Virus record (IMG/VR): IMGVR_UViG_637000104_000001
Direction: 5' to 3' (one strand)
DNA from: a virus
Taxonomy: Duplodnaviria > Heunggongvirae > Uroviricota > Caudoviricetes
DNA: 41,687 nt
Shown here: piece after piece, positions 11,342-20,010 of the stretch
Numbering within the stretch: position 1 is the stretch's first letter
How the letters are laid out: each line of letters opens with the position of its first letter
The notes under the pieces: model-generated
The model's database searches: none
Seen by the model: the letters and a program-made list of their open reading frames with translations, nothing else
Told to the model about the DNA's origin: nothing
Program-made: the position numbers and the translations under genes

Positions 11342-12051
11342 AAAATATTGCCGCGCAGATGATTAACTTTGACCGTGAGCAGATGCGTCGAATCGCCAAC
11401 AACATGCCGGAACAATACGACGAAAAGCCGCAGGTGCAGCAGGTGGCGCAGATCATCAACGGTGTGTTCAGCCAGCTGCTTGCGACATTTCCGGCAAGCC
11501 TCGCGAACCGCGACCAGAACGAGCTGAACGAAATCCGCCGTCAGTGGGTTATGGCTTTCCGTGAAAATGGAATTACCACTATGGAGCAGGTTAACGCCGG
11601 AATGCGCGTGGCCCGCCGACAGGAGCGACCATTCCTGCCGTCGCCCGGCCAGTTCGTAGCGTGGTGTAAGCAGAGTGGCGGGGCGTTAGGTATCACTGTT
11701 GACCAAGTCATAACCGAATACTGGGATTGGCGTAATCGTTCCTTCGAATTCACTTCCAGCGAGCATTTCCCGTGGTCACAGCCTGTCATGTACCACATCT
11801 GCGTCGAACTGCGCCACCGCAGCACAGAGCGCCAGTTAACGCATGGTGAGCTGGCGCGTGAAGCCGGCGATCTGCTGGACATGTGGGAGAGGCGCGTCAC
11901 CGAGGGCAAACCAGTACCGCCTGTGCGCCGGGCGATTGCAGCACCGGCTGCCGAGCATGGCCCGACGCCAATCCAGCTGCTTCAGGCGAAGTACAACCGC
12001 AACAAGTCGAACGGGATGGTGCGAAGTGGTAAAGAAGATAATAAAGAATAA
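11338..12051 (+). CDS. P: Replication protein P (helicase loader); lambda-like N-terminal half, divergent C-terminal half
   Basis: First ~110 aa near-identical to lambda P (MKNIAAQM.NFDREQMRRIANNMPEQYDEKPQVQQVAQIINGVFSQLLATF...); the sequence diverges after ..FVAWC. Confidence 0.85.
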   Translation: MKNIAAQMINFDREQMRRIANNMPEQYDEKPQVQQVAQIINGVFSQLLATFPASLANRDQNELNEIRRQWVMAFRENGITTMEQVNAGMRVARRQERPFLPSPGQFVAWCKQSGGALGITVDQVITEYWDWRNRSFEFTSSEHFPWSQPVMYHICVELRHRSTERQLTHGELAREAGDLLDMWERRVTEGKPVPPVRRAIAAPAAEHGPTPIQLLQAKYNRNKSNGMVRSGKEDNKE

Positions 12052-12129
12052 TATTTAGGGTTATAGGTCTTAGCCCATTTTAAATGGAAGGCAGACATGC
12101 AGCCATGCATACTTCGCATGGCAACATAA

Positions 12130-12558
12130 TTATTTAGACAAACTATCTAATTTCTGCGTCGCTTTTTGTGTTAGGTCGCTGTAACTGATAAACCCTACGT
12201 TAGCACCTACAATTAACACTAAGAACACTAAGCTGCATATGGATAGAGTGGCAGATTTATGCTTATGGAAAACAAAATATGCTACTATTGCACTTAATAT
12301 GAAGGAAATGAATAGAAATATAGATGTTGATGTTTTTAGATATTTTTCAGGAAATAATGGGTGAGCAATAATGTATACAAGATTAAGTAGTATATAAATT
12401 GCTACCGGAATGAAAATCATGCTCCAGTGTGTATCTTTTTTGGGAGGGATTGGCTGCAAATAATCAGACACCGTTTTTCCATCAGTTTCAAGAAGAATTA
12501 CTAGATCTCTTACTTCACCACTGACTTGAGTGCCATCCTTAGTAGTAATGTTAATCAT
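12130..12558 (-). CDS. Small integral membrane protein (about 142 aa, three predicted TM helices)
   Basis: Hydrophobic segments IFIPVAIYILLNLVYIIA, IFLFISFILSAIVAYFVF and LSICSLVFLVLIVGANVGFI. Start chosen at the ATG forming an ATGA overlap with the upstream stop (12555-12558). Antisense to the replication operon. Confidence 0.5.
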   Translation of the reverse strand: MINITTKDGTQVSGEVRDLVILLETDGKTVSDYLQPIPPKKDTHWSMIFIPVAIYILLNLVYIIAHPLFPEKYLKTSTSIFLFISFILSAIVAYFVFHKHKSATLSICSLVFLVLIVGANVGFISYSDLTQKATQKLDSLSK

Positions 12559-12932
12559 TTTTTCCCTCCAAATACGATTCCCTCTACGTCTTTGGAAGCT
12601 TTTTGTGATGACCACTCCTCTGAATCAGGTGATTTAATTAAAAATATTGTATCTCCATCAAAAATCGTATTTGTTCCGTAAAAATTTACATTTGATAGAT
12701 CACCACCAAAAACCCTCTGCCCACTCGAGGTAATTGCCTCACCTAATTTAGTAAAATTACCTGCAATAGATGATTTTCTTTTTCCACTTCTATTCAAAGT
12801 GGCTTTAATTACACCACCACCATCCTTAGAGTTAAATAATTGAATGTCCACTCCAGCAGTTGGTTGTATATATTTTGAAAGCTCTTTCTTGAACTTGTTA
12901 ATATATTTATCTTTGTTTTCTTTGTTGGTCAT
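12555..12932 (-). CDS. Hypothetical soluble protein, 125 aa, Gly-rich
   Basis: ORF translationally coupled to the downstream membrane protein gene; no recognised motif. Confidence 0.45.
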   Translation of the reverse strand: MTNKENKDKYINKFKKELSKYIQPTAGVDIQLFNSKDGGGVIKATLNRSGKRKSSIAGNFTKLGEAITSSGQRVFGGDLSNVNFYGTNTIFDGDTIFLIKSPDSEEWSSQKASKDVEGIVFGGKK

Positions 12933-13199
12933 TGGTTAGATCCATAGTTCTGGCTGTGATTAGGTGAAAGTATACAAGGTTTTTAAAGCGAAGATCACTG
13001 TTTTGGCTTCAAGATAGTTTTGATTTATCGTAATCAATCCGCCATAATCCTCTCATCGGAGCCTGAACAACTCCGGTGACTTCTGCGCATTTAAGGGGAC
13101 TTAAATGCGACCACAATCTGAACTCATCACCTTGTCACAGATGCAGAAATGCACCTGCGATGTCTTGCATCCAGCGTTTGATCTCTGCGGAGGTGAAGC

Positions 13200-13655
13200 G
13201 TGAACCTCCCACAAGATGGCATCAAATTACATCGCGGTAACTTCACCGCTGTCGGTCAGCAGATCCAGACTTATCTGGAAGACGGCAAATGCTTTCGCAT
13301 GGTGCTTAAACCGTGGCGCGAGAGACGCAGTCTTTCCCAGAATGCACTCAGCCACATGTGGTACAGCGAAATCAGTGAATACCTCATCAGCAGGGGTAAA
13401 ACGTTCGCCACTCCAGCTTGGGTAAAAGATGCTCTCAAACACACATATCTCGGTTATGAAACCAAAGACCTGGTTGATGTCGTAACCGGTGATATCACCA
13501 CTATCCAGTCGTTACGCCATACCTCCGATCTTGATACCGGAGAGATGTATGTCTTCCTGTGTAAGGTTGAAGCCTGGGCGGTGAATATTGGCTGCCACCT
13601 GACTATTCCGCAGAGCTGCGAGTTCCAGCTGCTCCGCGACAAGCAGGAGGCGTAA
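13200..13655 (+). CDS. ninB: NinB-family recombination protein
   Basis: [17 protein letters not shown] resembles the NinB motif RSLDQNRKLWA; position after P. Confidence 0.6.
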   Translation: MNLPQDGIKLHRGNFTAVGQQIQTYLEDGKCFRMVLKPWRERRSLSQNALSHMWYSEISEYLISRGKTFATPAWVKDALKHTYLGYETKDLVDVVTGDITTIQSLRHTSDLDTGEMYVFLCKVEAWAVNIGCHLTIPQSCEFQLLRDKQEA

Positions 13656-13825
13656 TGGCTACACCGCTTATTCGTGTCATGAACGGACACATCTACAGAG
13701 TATCAAATCGTCGTAAGCGTAAGCCTGAGCTGAAGCCATCCGAAATACCAACACTGCTCGGATATACCGCCAGCCTGGTTGATAAAAAATGGTTGCGACT
13801 GGCAGCAAGGAGGAGTCATGGCTGA
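13655..13825 (+). CDS. ninE: NinE-like small protein (56 aa; below the ORF-track size cut-off)
   Basis: [59 protein letters not shown] read directly from the sequence; TAATG overlap with the ninB stop and overlap with the next start. Confidence 0.5.
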   Translation: MATPLIRVMNGHIYRVSNRRKRKPELKPSEIPTLLGYTASLVDKKWLRLAARRSHG

Positions 13826-14108
13826 TTTGAGAAAAGCAGCGCGTGGTCGGGAATGCCAGGTAAGAATCCCTGGCGTATGTAATGGCAACCCTGAAACGTC
13901 TGTACTGGCACATATCCGGCTGACTGGATTGTGCGGCACCGGTACCAAACCGCCAGACCTGATTGCCACCATTGCATGTTCTGCCTGCCACGACGAAATC
14001 GACCGCCGCACACATTTTGTCGATGCTGCATATGCAAAAGAATGCGCGCTGGAAGGTATGGCGAGAACACAGGTTATGTGGCTGAAAGAGGGGGTTATTA
14101 AGGCGTGA
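13818..14108 (+). CDS. YbcO-like (DUF1364) putative nuclease, 96 aa
   Basis: Start at ATG 13818 preceded by AGGAGG; Cys/His-rich small protein located before rusA as in DLP12. Confidence 0.55.
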   Translation: MADLRKAARGRECQVRIPGVCNGNPETSVLAHIRLTGLCGTGTKPPDLIATIACSACHDEIDRRTHFVDAAYAKECALEGMARTQVMWLKEGVIKA

Positions 14109-14467
14109 ATACCTACAGCATCACATTACCCTGGCCTCCGAGCAATAATCGCTATTACCGCCATAATCGCGGGCGCACGCACGTCAGCGCAGAGGGGCAG
14201 GCATACCGCGATAACGTCGCCCGAATCATTAAAAACGCAATGCTGGATATCGGCCTGGCTATGCCTGTGAAAATCCGCATTGAGTGCCACATGCCGGATC
14301 GCCGTCGCCGTGACCTGGATAATCTGCAAAAAGCCGCTTTTGACGCACTCACTAAAGCAGGTTTCTGGCTGGATGATGCTCAGGTCGTTGATTACCGCGT
14401 TGTGAAGATGCCTGTTACCAAAGGTGGGAGGCTGGAACTGACCATCACCGAAATGGGGAATGAATGA
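14105..14467 (+). CDS. rusA: Holliday junction resolvase RusA
   Basis: 120 aa; [36 protein letters not shown] matches remembered E. coli RusA. Confidence 0.92.
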   Translation: MNTYSITLPWPPSNNRYYRHNRGRTHVSAEGQAYRDNVARIIKNAMLDIGLAMPVKIRIECHMPDRRRRDLDNLQKAAFDALTKAGFWLDDAQVVDYRVVKMPVTKGGRLELTITEMGNE

Positions 14468-14604
14468 TGTTTGAGTTTAATATGGCAGAACTTCTTCGCC
14501 ACCGCTGGGGGCGTCTGCGCTTATATCGTTTCCCCGGTTCTGTTTTGACCGATTACCGAATACTGAAGAATTACGCCAAAACCCTGACAGGAACAGGAGT
14601 ATGA
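14464..14604 (+). CDS. ylcG: Small protein YlcG-like (46 aa; below the ORF-track size cut-off)
   Basis: [49 protein letters not shown] read from the sequence; ATGA overlap with the rusA stop; DLP12-like position between rusA and Q. Confidence 0.5.
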   Translation: MMFEFNMAELLRHRWGRLRLYRFPGSVLTDYRILKNYAKTLTGTGV

Positions 14605-14689
14605 AGTCAGAGATAACAATCAACTAATACTGTTTTGTTGATTTTTGCTTGTAATTGGCGTTCTGGTCTGATTTTTGTGGAGTAAGTTG

Positions 14690-15073
14690 ATGCGTGATAT
14701 TCAGATGGTTCTTGAGCGTTGGGGTGCGTGGGCGGCTAATAATCATGAAGATGTGACCTGGTCGTCCATTGCCGCCGGTTTTAAGGGATTAATTCCTTCA
14801 AAAGTAAAATCTCGCCCGCAATGTTGTGACGATGACGCGATGATCATTTGCGGGTGCATGGCCCGTCTGAAAAAGAACAACAGCGATTTACACGATTTAT
14901 TAGTAGATTATTATGTATGTGGTATGACATTCATGTCACTGGCAAGTAAGCATTGCTGCTCGGATGGTTATATCGGGAAAAGGTTACAGAAGGCTGAGGG
15001 CATAATTGAAGGGATGTTAATGGCATTAGATATCCGGTTAGATATGGATATCGTTGCTAATAATTCTAATTGA
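14690..15073 (+). CDS. quuD: Late-gene antiterminator Q (phage 82 / DLP12 QuuD type)
   Basis: [31 protein letters not shown]... with a Cys-rich zinc-binding region; start taken at ATG 14690 rather than the TTG at 14675. Confidence 0.88.
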   Translation: MRDIQMVLERWGAWAANNHEDVTWSSIAAGFKGLIPSKVKSRPQCCDDDAMIICGCMARLKKNNSDLHDLLVDYYVCGMTFMSLASKHCCSDGYIGKRLQKAEGIIEGMLMALDIRLDMDIVANNSN

Positions 15074-15096
15074 TATGCAATTGTTTACTAAAAGTT

Positions 15097-15124
15097 ATTA
15101 AAAATGGGGCGTGGAAACGCCCCC
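15097..15124 (-). terminator. Intrinsic terminator (minus-strand orientation) downstream of the porin gene
   Basis: Hairpin GGGGCG-TGGAAA-CGCCCC (15107-15124), followed on the minus strand by ATTTTTAATAA. Confidence 0.55.
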
Positions 15125-15210
15125 AAAATAAAGGGTAATATATAACAGAAGGTTTATATAGTAAGAAGCAAGGTAGTGCTTCTAAAGGAAGTGGCTTGAG
15201 GGCTCCACTT

Positions 15211-15250
15211 ATATGTTGCGGAGGCAAAGCCTCCCGCAACATATCTTTTT
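15211..15250 (+). terminator. Strong hairpin, candidate bidirectional terminator between Q and the porin gene
   Basis: Perfect 15-bp stem ATATGTTGCGGAGGC / GCCTCCCGCAACATAT with a 3-nt loop, followed by CTTTTT on the plus strand; lies 11 nt past the porin stop on the minus strand. Confidence 0.6.
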
Positions 15251-15261
15251 CGTAAGTCAGA

Positions 15262-16344
15262 TTAGAACTGATAAACCAGACCTACAGCGACGATGTCGTC
15301 GGTATCAATACCAGCTGTTTTGGTAAACTTACTATCGTCAATTAAGTTGATTTTGTAATCAACAAAAGTGGACATGTTTTTATTAAAGTAGTAAGTAGCA
15401 CCGACATCGACATACTTGACTAAGTCTCGGTCACCATGAACACCAAGGTCTTTACCTTTTGACTGAAGGTAAGCAACAGATGGACGCAGACCGAAGTCAA
15501 ACTGATATTGTGCTACTGCTTCAAAGTTTTGTGCTTTGTTTGCAATATGGTTATTACCAAAAACGGTCATATTCTGAGTTTCAGAATATGTGGTAGCCAG
15601 ATAGATATTGTTCGCATCATATTTCAGGCCTGCAGCCCATACTTCCGCATTTTTGCCGGAGGCATTGAATTTGCTCTTACCATAGGCGACCTGACCGTCA
15701 GTGCGATCTGATTTAGCATAGGTTGCACCCACGCCGAATCCTTCATACTCATAAGTAGTGGAGAAACCGAAACCATCACCATTGGCTTCAGTTACGTCAG
15801 TGCGGTCATTTTTACCCTGATACTGAGCAGCAAAGTTCAGGCCATCGACCAGACCAAAGAAGTCGTTGTTACGATAAGTTGCAACACCAGTAGTGCGACC
15901 AGTCATGAACACATCTGTTTGGGTCCAGGTATCACCACCGAATTCTGGCAGAACGTCAGTCCACGCACCGATGTCGTATGCTACACCGTAGTTACGGCCG
16001 TAATCGATTGAGCCGTAATCACCAAATTTCAGGCCTGCAAATGCAAGACGGGTTTTGTCTTTGGAAGAACCTTGAGATTCAGCACGGTTGCCTTTGAATT
16101 CATATTCCCACTGACCGAAACCAGTCAGTTGATCGTTGATTTGGGTTTCACCTTTGAAGCCAAGACGGGCATAAGTAGTATCACCATCATCTGCATCATT
16201 AGAGGAGAAGTAGTGCTTGGCATTAACTTTCCCGTATAGATCCAGCTTGTTACTGTCTTTATTATAAATTTCAGCTGCCTGAGCAGACATCGCCATCAGT
16301 ACTGATGCAGCTACAGCAGAAATTGCCACTGTTAATTTTTTCAT
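15262..16344 (-). CDS. nmpC: OmpC-family general porin (NmpC/OmpD-like), 360 aa
   Basis: Signal peptide [30 protein letters not shown] start of the mature protein, C-terminal VGLVYQF beta-barrel signature. Start taken at internal ATG 16344 (the ORF-track start 16404 is upstream of the signal peptide). Confidence 0.9.
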   Translation of the reverse strand: MKKLTVAISAVAASVLMAMSAQAAEIYNKDSNKLDLYGKVNAKHYFSSNDADDGDTTYARLGFKGETQINDQLTGFGQWEYEFKGNRAESQGSSKDKTRLAFAGLKFGDYGSIDYGRNYGVAYDIGAWTDVLPEFGGDTWTQTDVFMTGRTTGVATYRNNDFFGLVDGLNFAAQYQGKNDRTDVTEANGDGFGFSTTYEYEGFGVGATYAKSDRTDGQVAYGKSKFNASGKNAEVWAAGLKYDANNIYLATTYSETQNMTVFGNNHIANKAQNFEAVAQYQFDFGLRPSVAYLQSKGKDLGVHGDRDLVKYVDVGATYYFNKNMSTFVDYKINLIDDSKFTKTAGIDTDDIVAVGLVYQF

Positions 16345-16770
16345 TGTACGCCCTTTTTTTGAACTATTATTAAAAAATGATGTCACTGCGCGATAAATAT
16401 TCATCTAATCAATGTGATTATTTCAAGATGTAAGTTTTAGTTTCTCATTTAATTTGTGAAGTAGATCTCTATTTTTATCGGAACCTTTTCTATCTAATCC
16501 TATTCATGGCTCTTGTCTGAACAAAAATAAATCTATTAGCTAATTTATATTAATGGCACTTATTTATAAGTGCTCTATAATTCTTTAGCTTAATTTAAAC
16601 AAACTAAAAATAACATCGGAAATTATTAACTGGTTATTTGTTGAAGTTTTCTTATGCATTTGTGGTGGTGTTTTGAACACTCGGTGGCATTCTCACAAAT
16701 ATCATTTAGTAGTTTACGTACGTAAAAAATTGGTTATGCTGTTAAGAGTGGTTACTTCGTCACACAGCTT

Positions 16771-16803
16771 AAACCCGCCGTCGAGCGGGTTTTTCCATTT
16801 TTT
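16771..16803 (+). terminator. Intrinsic terminator upstream of the lysis genes (candidate tR', target of Q antitermination)
   Basis: Hairpin ACCCGC-CGTCGA-GCGGGT followed by TTTTCCATTTTTT; a perfect TATAAT at 16576-16581 lies about 200 nt upstream (candidate pR' -10). Confidence 0.5.
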
Positions 16804-16932
16804 GAGTCTCGATATTAGCTGATAACCCAATACCTGAGTTATTCACTGACTCCGAATCTGTTACGTTTCTGCCTTTATTGCGATACGTAGTATCCCCTTA
16901 ATTTACACCCGCTTTGTCTGCGAGGTGGGGTT

Positions 16933-17148
16933 ATGAAATCCATGGATAAGTTAACAACGGGTGTCGCCTATGGTACCTCAGCAGGTAGTGCCGGGTACTG
17001 GTTTTTACAGTTGCTCGATAAAGTCACGCCCTCACAGTGGGCGGCAATAGGTGTGCTGGGTAGCCTGGTATTTGGCCTGCTGACGTACCTGACAAACCTT
17101 TATTTCAAGATTAAAGAAGATAAGCGCAAGGCTGCGAGAGGTGAATAA
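16933..17148 (+). CDS. S: Pinholin (phage 21 S21-type), dual-start motif
   Basis: 71 aa; [26 protein letters not shown]..., two TM domains; Met1/Met4 dual start as in S21-71/S21-68. Confidence 0.9.
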
Positions 17149-17645
17149 TGCCTCCATCATTACGAAAAGCCGTTGCTGCTGCTATTGGTGGCGGAGCAAT
17201 TGCTATAGCATCAGTGTTAATCACTGGCCCAAGTGGTAACGATGGTCTGGAAGGTGTCAGCTACATACCATACAAAGATATTGTTGGTGTATGGACTGTA
17301 TGTCACGGGCATACAGGAAAAGACATCATGCTCGGTAAAACGTATACCAAAGCAGAATGCAAAGCACTCCTGAATAAAGACCTTGCCACTGTCGCCAGAC
17401 AAATTAACCCGTACATCACAGTCGATATACCGGAAACAACGCGCGGCGCTCTTTACTCATTCGTTTACAACGTGGGTGCTGGTAATTTCAGAACATCGAC
17501 GCTTCTTCGCAAAATAAACCAGGGCGATATCAAAGGCTCATGTGATCAGCTACGTCGCTGGACATATGCTGGCGGTAAGCAATGGAAAGGTCTCATGACT
17601 CGTCGTGAGATTGAGCGTGAAATCTGTTTGTGGGGTCAGCAATGA
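17148..17645 (+). CDS. R: SAR endolysin (lysozyme with N-terminal signal-arrest-release domain)
   Basis: Gly/Ala-rich weakly hydrophobic N-terminus [20 protein letters not shown] followed by a lysozyme domain; ATGA-type overlaps with S and Rz. Confidence 0.9.
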   Translation: MPPSLRKAVAAAIGGGAIAIASVLITGPSGNDGLEGVSYIPYKDIVGVWTVCHGHTGKDIMLGKTYTKAECKALLNKDLATVARQINPYITVDIPETTRGALYSFVYNVGAGNFRTSTLLRKINQGDIKGSCDQLRRWTYAGGKQWKGLMTRREIEREICLWGQQ

Positions 17646-18103
17646 ACAGAGTAACCGCGATTATCTCCGCTCTGGTTATCTGCATCATCGTCTGCCTGTC
17701 ATGGGCTGTTAATCATTACCGTAATAACGCCATTACCTACAAAGCCCAGCGCGACAAAAATGCCAGAGAACTGAAGCTGGCGAACGCGGCAATTACTGAC
17801 ATGCAGATGCGTCAGCGTGATGTTGCTGCGCTCGATGCAAAATACACGAAGGAGTTAGCTGATGCGAAAGCTGAAAATGATGCTCTGCGTGATGATGTTG
17901 CCGCTGGTCGTCGTCGGTTGCACATCAAAGCAGTCTGTCAGTCAGTGCGTGAAGCCACCACCGCCTCCGGCGTGGATAATGCAGCCTCCCCCCGACTGGC
18001 AGACACCGCTGAACGGGATTATTTCACCCTCAGAGAGAGGCTGATCACTATGCAAAAACAACTGGAAGGAACCCAGAAGTATATTAATGAGCAGTGCAGA
18101 TAG
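17642..18103 (+). CDS. Rz: i-spanin Rz
   Basis: N-terminal TM segment, coiled-coil periplasmic domain; start ATG 17642 overlapping the R stop. Confidence 0.85.
   Translation: MNRVTAIISALVICIIVCLSWAVNHYRNNAITYKAQRDKNARELKLANAAITDMQMRQRDVAALDAKYTKELADAKAENDALRDDVAAGRRRLHIKAVCQSVREATTASGVDNAASPRLADTAERDYFTLRERLITMQKQLEGTQKYINEQCR
17862..18044 (+). CDS. Rz1: o-spanin Rz1 (lipoprotein embedded in the +1 frame of Rz)
   Basis: Lipobox LVVVGC, proline-rich mature peptide ([15 protein letters not shown]); entirely inside Rz. Confidence 0.85.
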   Translation: MRKLKMMLCVMMLPLVVVGCTSKQSVSQCVKPPPPPAWIMQPPPDWQTPLNGIISPSERG

Positions 18104-18134
18104 AGCTGCCCATATCGATGGGCAACTCATGCAA

Positions 18135-18428
18135 TTATTGTGAGCAATACACACGCGCTTCCAGCGGAGTATAAATGCCTAAAGTAATAAAACCGAGCAA
18201 TCCATTTACGAATGTTTGCTGGGTTTCTGTTTTAACAACATTTTCTGCACCACCACAAATTTTTGCTGCATCGACAGTTTTCTTCTGCCCAATTCCCGAA
18301 ACGAAGAAATGATGGGTGATGGTTTCCTTTGGTGTTACTGCTGTAGGTTTGTTTCCAACAGTAAACGTCTGTTGAGCACATCCTGTAATAAGCATTGCCA
18401 GAGCGGCAGAAAACAACATTTTTTTCAT
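18135..18428 (-). CDS. bor: Bor outer-membrane lipoprotein (serum-resistance-associated), 97 aa
   Basis: MKKMLFSAALAMLITGCAQQTFTV... lipobox; matches remembered lambda Bor; start taken at internal ATG 18428. Confidence 0.88.
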   Translation of the reverse strand: MKKMLFSAALAMLITGCAQQTFTVGNKPTAVTPKETITHHFFVSGIGQKKTVDAAKICGGAENVVKTETQQTFVNGLLGFITLGIYTPLEARVYCSQ

Positions 18429-18908
18429 CTTATTATCCTGCATTGTTAAAAACGGCAGAATCCTATGTGACAACAATTAAACGATAGTTAAATGGATTGA
18501 TGAAAATTAAAACTACACAGGTGGGCTCAGACTATTGGAGGAAGTTGGGGACACTCAGAATCCTGTGGAATGAAATAAACCGGTCTATCCGTCCATTACC
18601 CTTTTAGCTGCGCTGTATCGTCGCCGTATTCCCGCATTAACCATGACCGTAGCCCGACGGGGAATTCCTTCTGCGTGAGTGTGCGGGAATAATTAAAAAC
18701 GATGCACACCGGGTTTTTACCGCGTTAATGATTCGCGGGTTTATCCCGGTGCGATGGTGGAAGAAACAGGAAGCTGTATTACAGAAAGTGCTACTACTGT
18801 ATCCCGATGCGATGTATGTAATGTGAGTCAGATAATGGCACAGGATGTGGTGATGTGGCAGTCTGGAACACAGGATATATTGTCAGAATAAGACCCGTAG
18901 GAATAAAA

Positions 18909-19235
18909 ATGAAAAGACGCCTTTTACTACTTTTTCTGTTATCTGTCCTGGCAGTGGGATGCTCGCAGCAAAAAGCTGATGAGCCCCGGCAATTAGTGAC
19001 GGTGTATCCACGATATCCGGAATATGCTGCAGCAAATTATATCAAGGGGCTGGTTGAGGTTAAGTTCGATATTGGTGCTGATGGGACTGTGACACGGATC
19101 GTTTTTCTCCGCTCAGAGCCTCATAATTTGTTTCGTGATGAAGTGGTGAAGGCCATGGCGAAATGGCGATTTGAAAAGAATCGCCCCTGTCAGGGAGTGA
19201 AGAGACAATTTATCTTTACGCCGTCACGTCCTTGA
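18909..19235 (+). CDS. Lipoprotein with TonB C-terminal-like domain, 108 aa
   Basis: Signal peptide plus lipobox (LLSVLAVGCS); the mature region resembles a TonB-C fold (VKFDIGADGTVTRIVFLRS...). Start at ATG 18909. Confidence 0.55.
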   Translation: MKRRLLLLFLLSVLAVGCSQQKADEPRQLVTVYPRYPEYAAANYIKGLVEVKFDIGADGTVTRIVFLRSEPHNLFRDEVVKAMAKWRFEKNRPCQGVKRQFIFTPSRP

Positions 19236-19357
19236 TGCTTCCAGATAGAGAGGGGCTGGAAGCAGGAGAAAAATGAAAGAGCCAGCGGTTATATTTTTGT
19301 CATGGCTGACGAGGAATGATGGAAGAAGGCGTTGTATGCCACACAACGCCTCACTGT

Positions 19358-19537
19358 TCATTTCTTCTTTTTCTCTGGTGGAACCCGATGAATAAGAGTT
19401 GCACTGGTTTCCGATGAGATGGCGATATACTCGGGCAAAGTATGCTGGCAGTTTTCCAACTGGTCAAAAATACCTGCTCTCGTCTGTTGCAATGCCTGCA
19501 GCATGCGGCGGCAATGTGCCTTGCTTTTACTAACCAT
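19358..19537 (-). CDS. Hypothetical small protein (59 aa from the Met with AGGAAGG RBS)
   Basis: Internal start of ORF 19358..19711 preceded by a good RBS; basic C-terminal tail. Confidence 0.35.
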   Translation of the reverse strand: MVSKSKAHCRRMLQALQQTRAGIFDQLENCQHTLPEYIAISSETSATLIHRVPPEKKKK

Positions 19538-19598
19538 CTTTCCTTCCTCTATCAGTCGCTGCGTGAACTCATCATGGAATACCAGGTAAATGCGGATG

Positions 19599-19850
19599 TT
19601 ATCGGTTTTGGCTACGCAGCATAGTACAAAACGGGCAGGTGCATCCCGGGACGGGGGAGGCGTCACATGTCCCTGTGATGGTTGTTCCGGGTAATGTACT
19701 GTGTGGGGCATAAAAATGTCCGATAATTTTACTTTCTACCGCAGTTAGTTGATTCGTTGGTCCTGGTAGCACATTGGGCGAGGATTTAAATGCCAGGCAA
19801 CTGAAGGATGATGTCGCAAGGGAGATAGCGAGAATATTTCTGATTTTCAT
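19599..19850 (-). CDS. Small secreted Cys-containing protein (83-aa precursor with signal peptide)
   Basis: MKIRNILAISLATSSFSCLA signal peptide; C-terminal TGTCDASPVPGCTCPFC cysteine cluster. Start at internal ATG 19850. Confidence 0.4.
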   Translation of the reverse strand: MKIRNILAISLATSSFSCLAFKSSPNVLPGPTNQLTAVESKIIGHFYAPHSTLPGTTITGTCDASPVPGCTCPFCTMLRSQNR

Positions 19851-19998
19851 TTGATGATGCCTCTGTGTGAAATGACGGTAAACGACGCACTTGTGCCGGC
19901 ACATAATAGCAAGCACCATAATAGATCAGATTCGATTCTTGCTGTAAGTGATAATTATTCTCGTTTTCGGGTCCTTTCCGTCGATCCAACAGGTTACG

Positions 19999-20010
19999 GG
20001 GCGGCGACCT
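19999..20010. other. cos: cosN cohesive-end site (GGGCGGCGACCT) with flanking cosQ/cosB
   Basis: Sequence ..CAGGTTACG|GGGCGGCGACCTCGCGGGTTTTCGCTATTTATGAAA matches the lambda genome termini; Nu1 starts 177 nt downstream. Confidence 0.9.

Noticed and set aside
16405-16932. Searched the AT-rich intergenic region for tRNA or small RNA genes
   Set aside because: No cloverleaf-compatible segment or conserved tRNA boxes seen; the region is better explained as the late promoter leader plus terminator.
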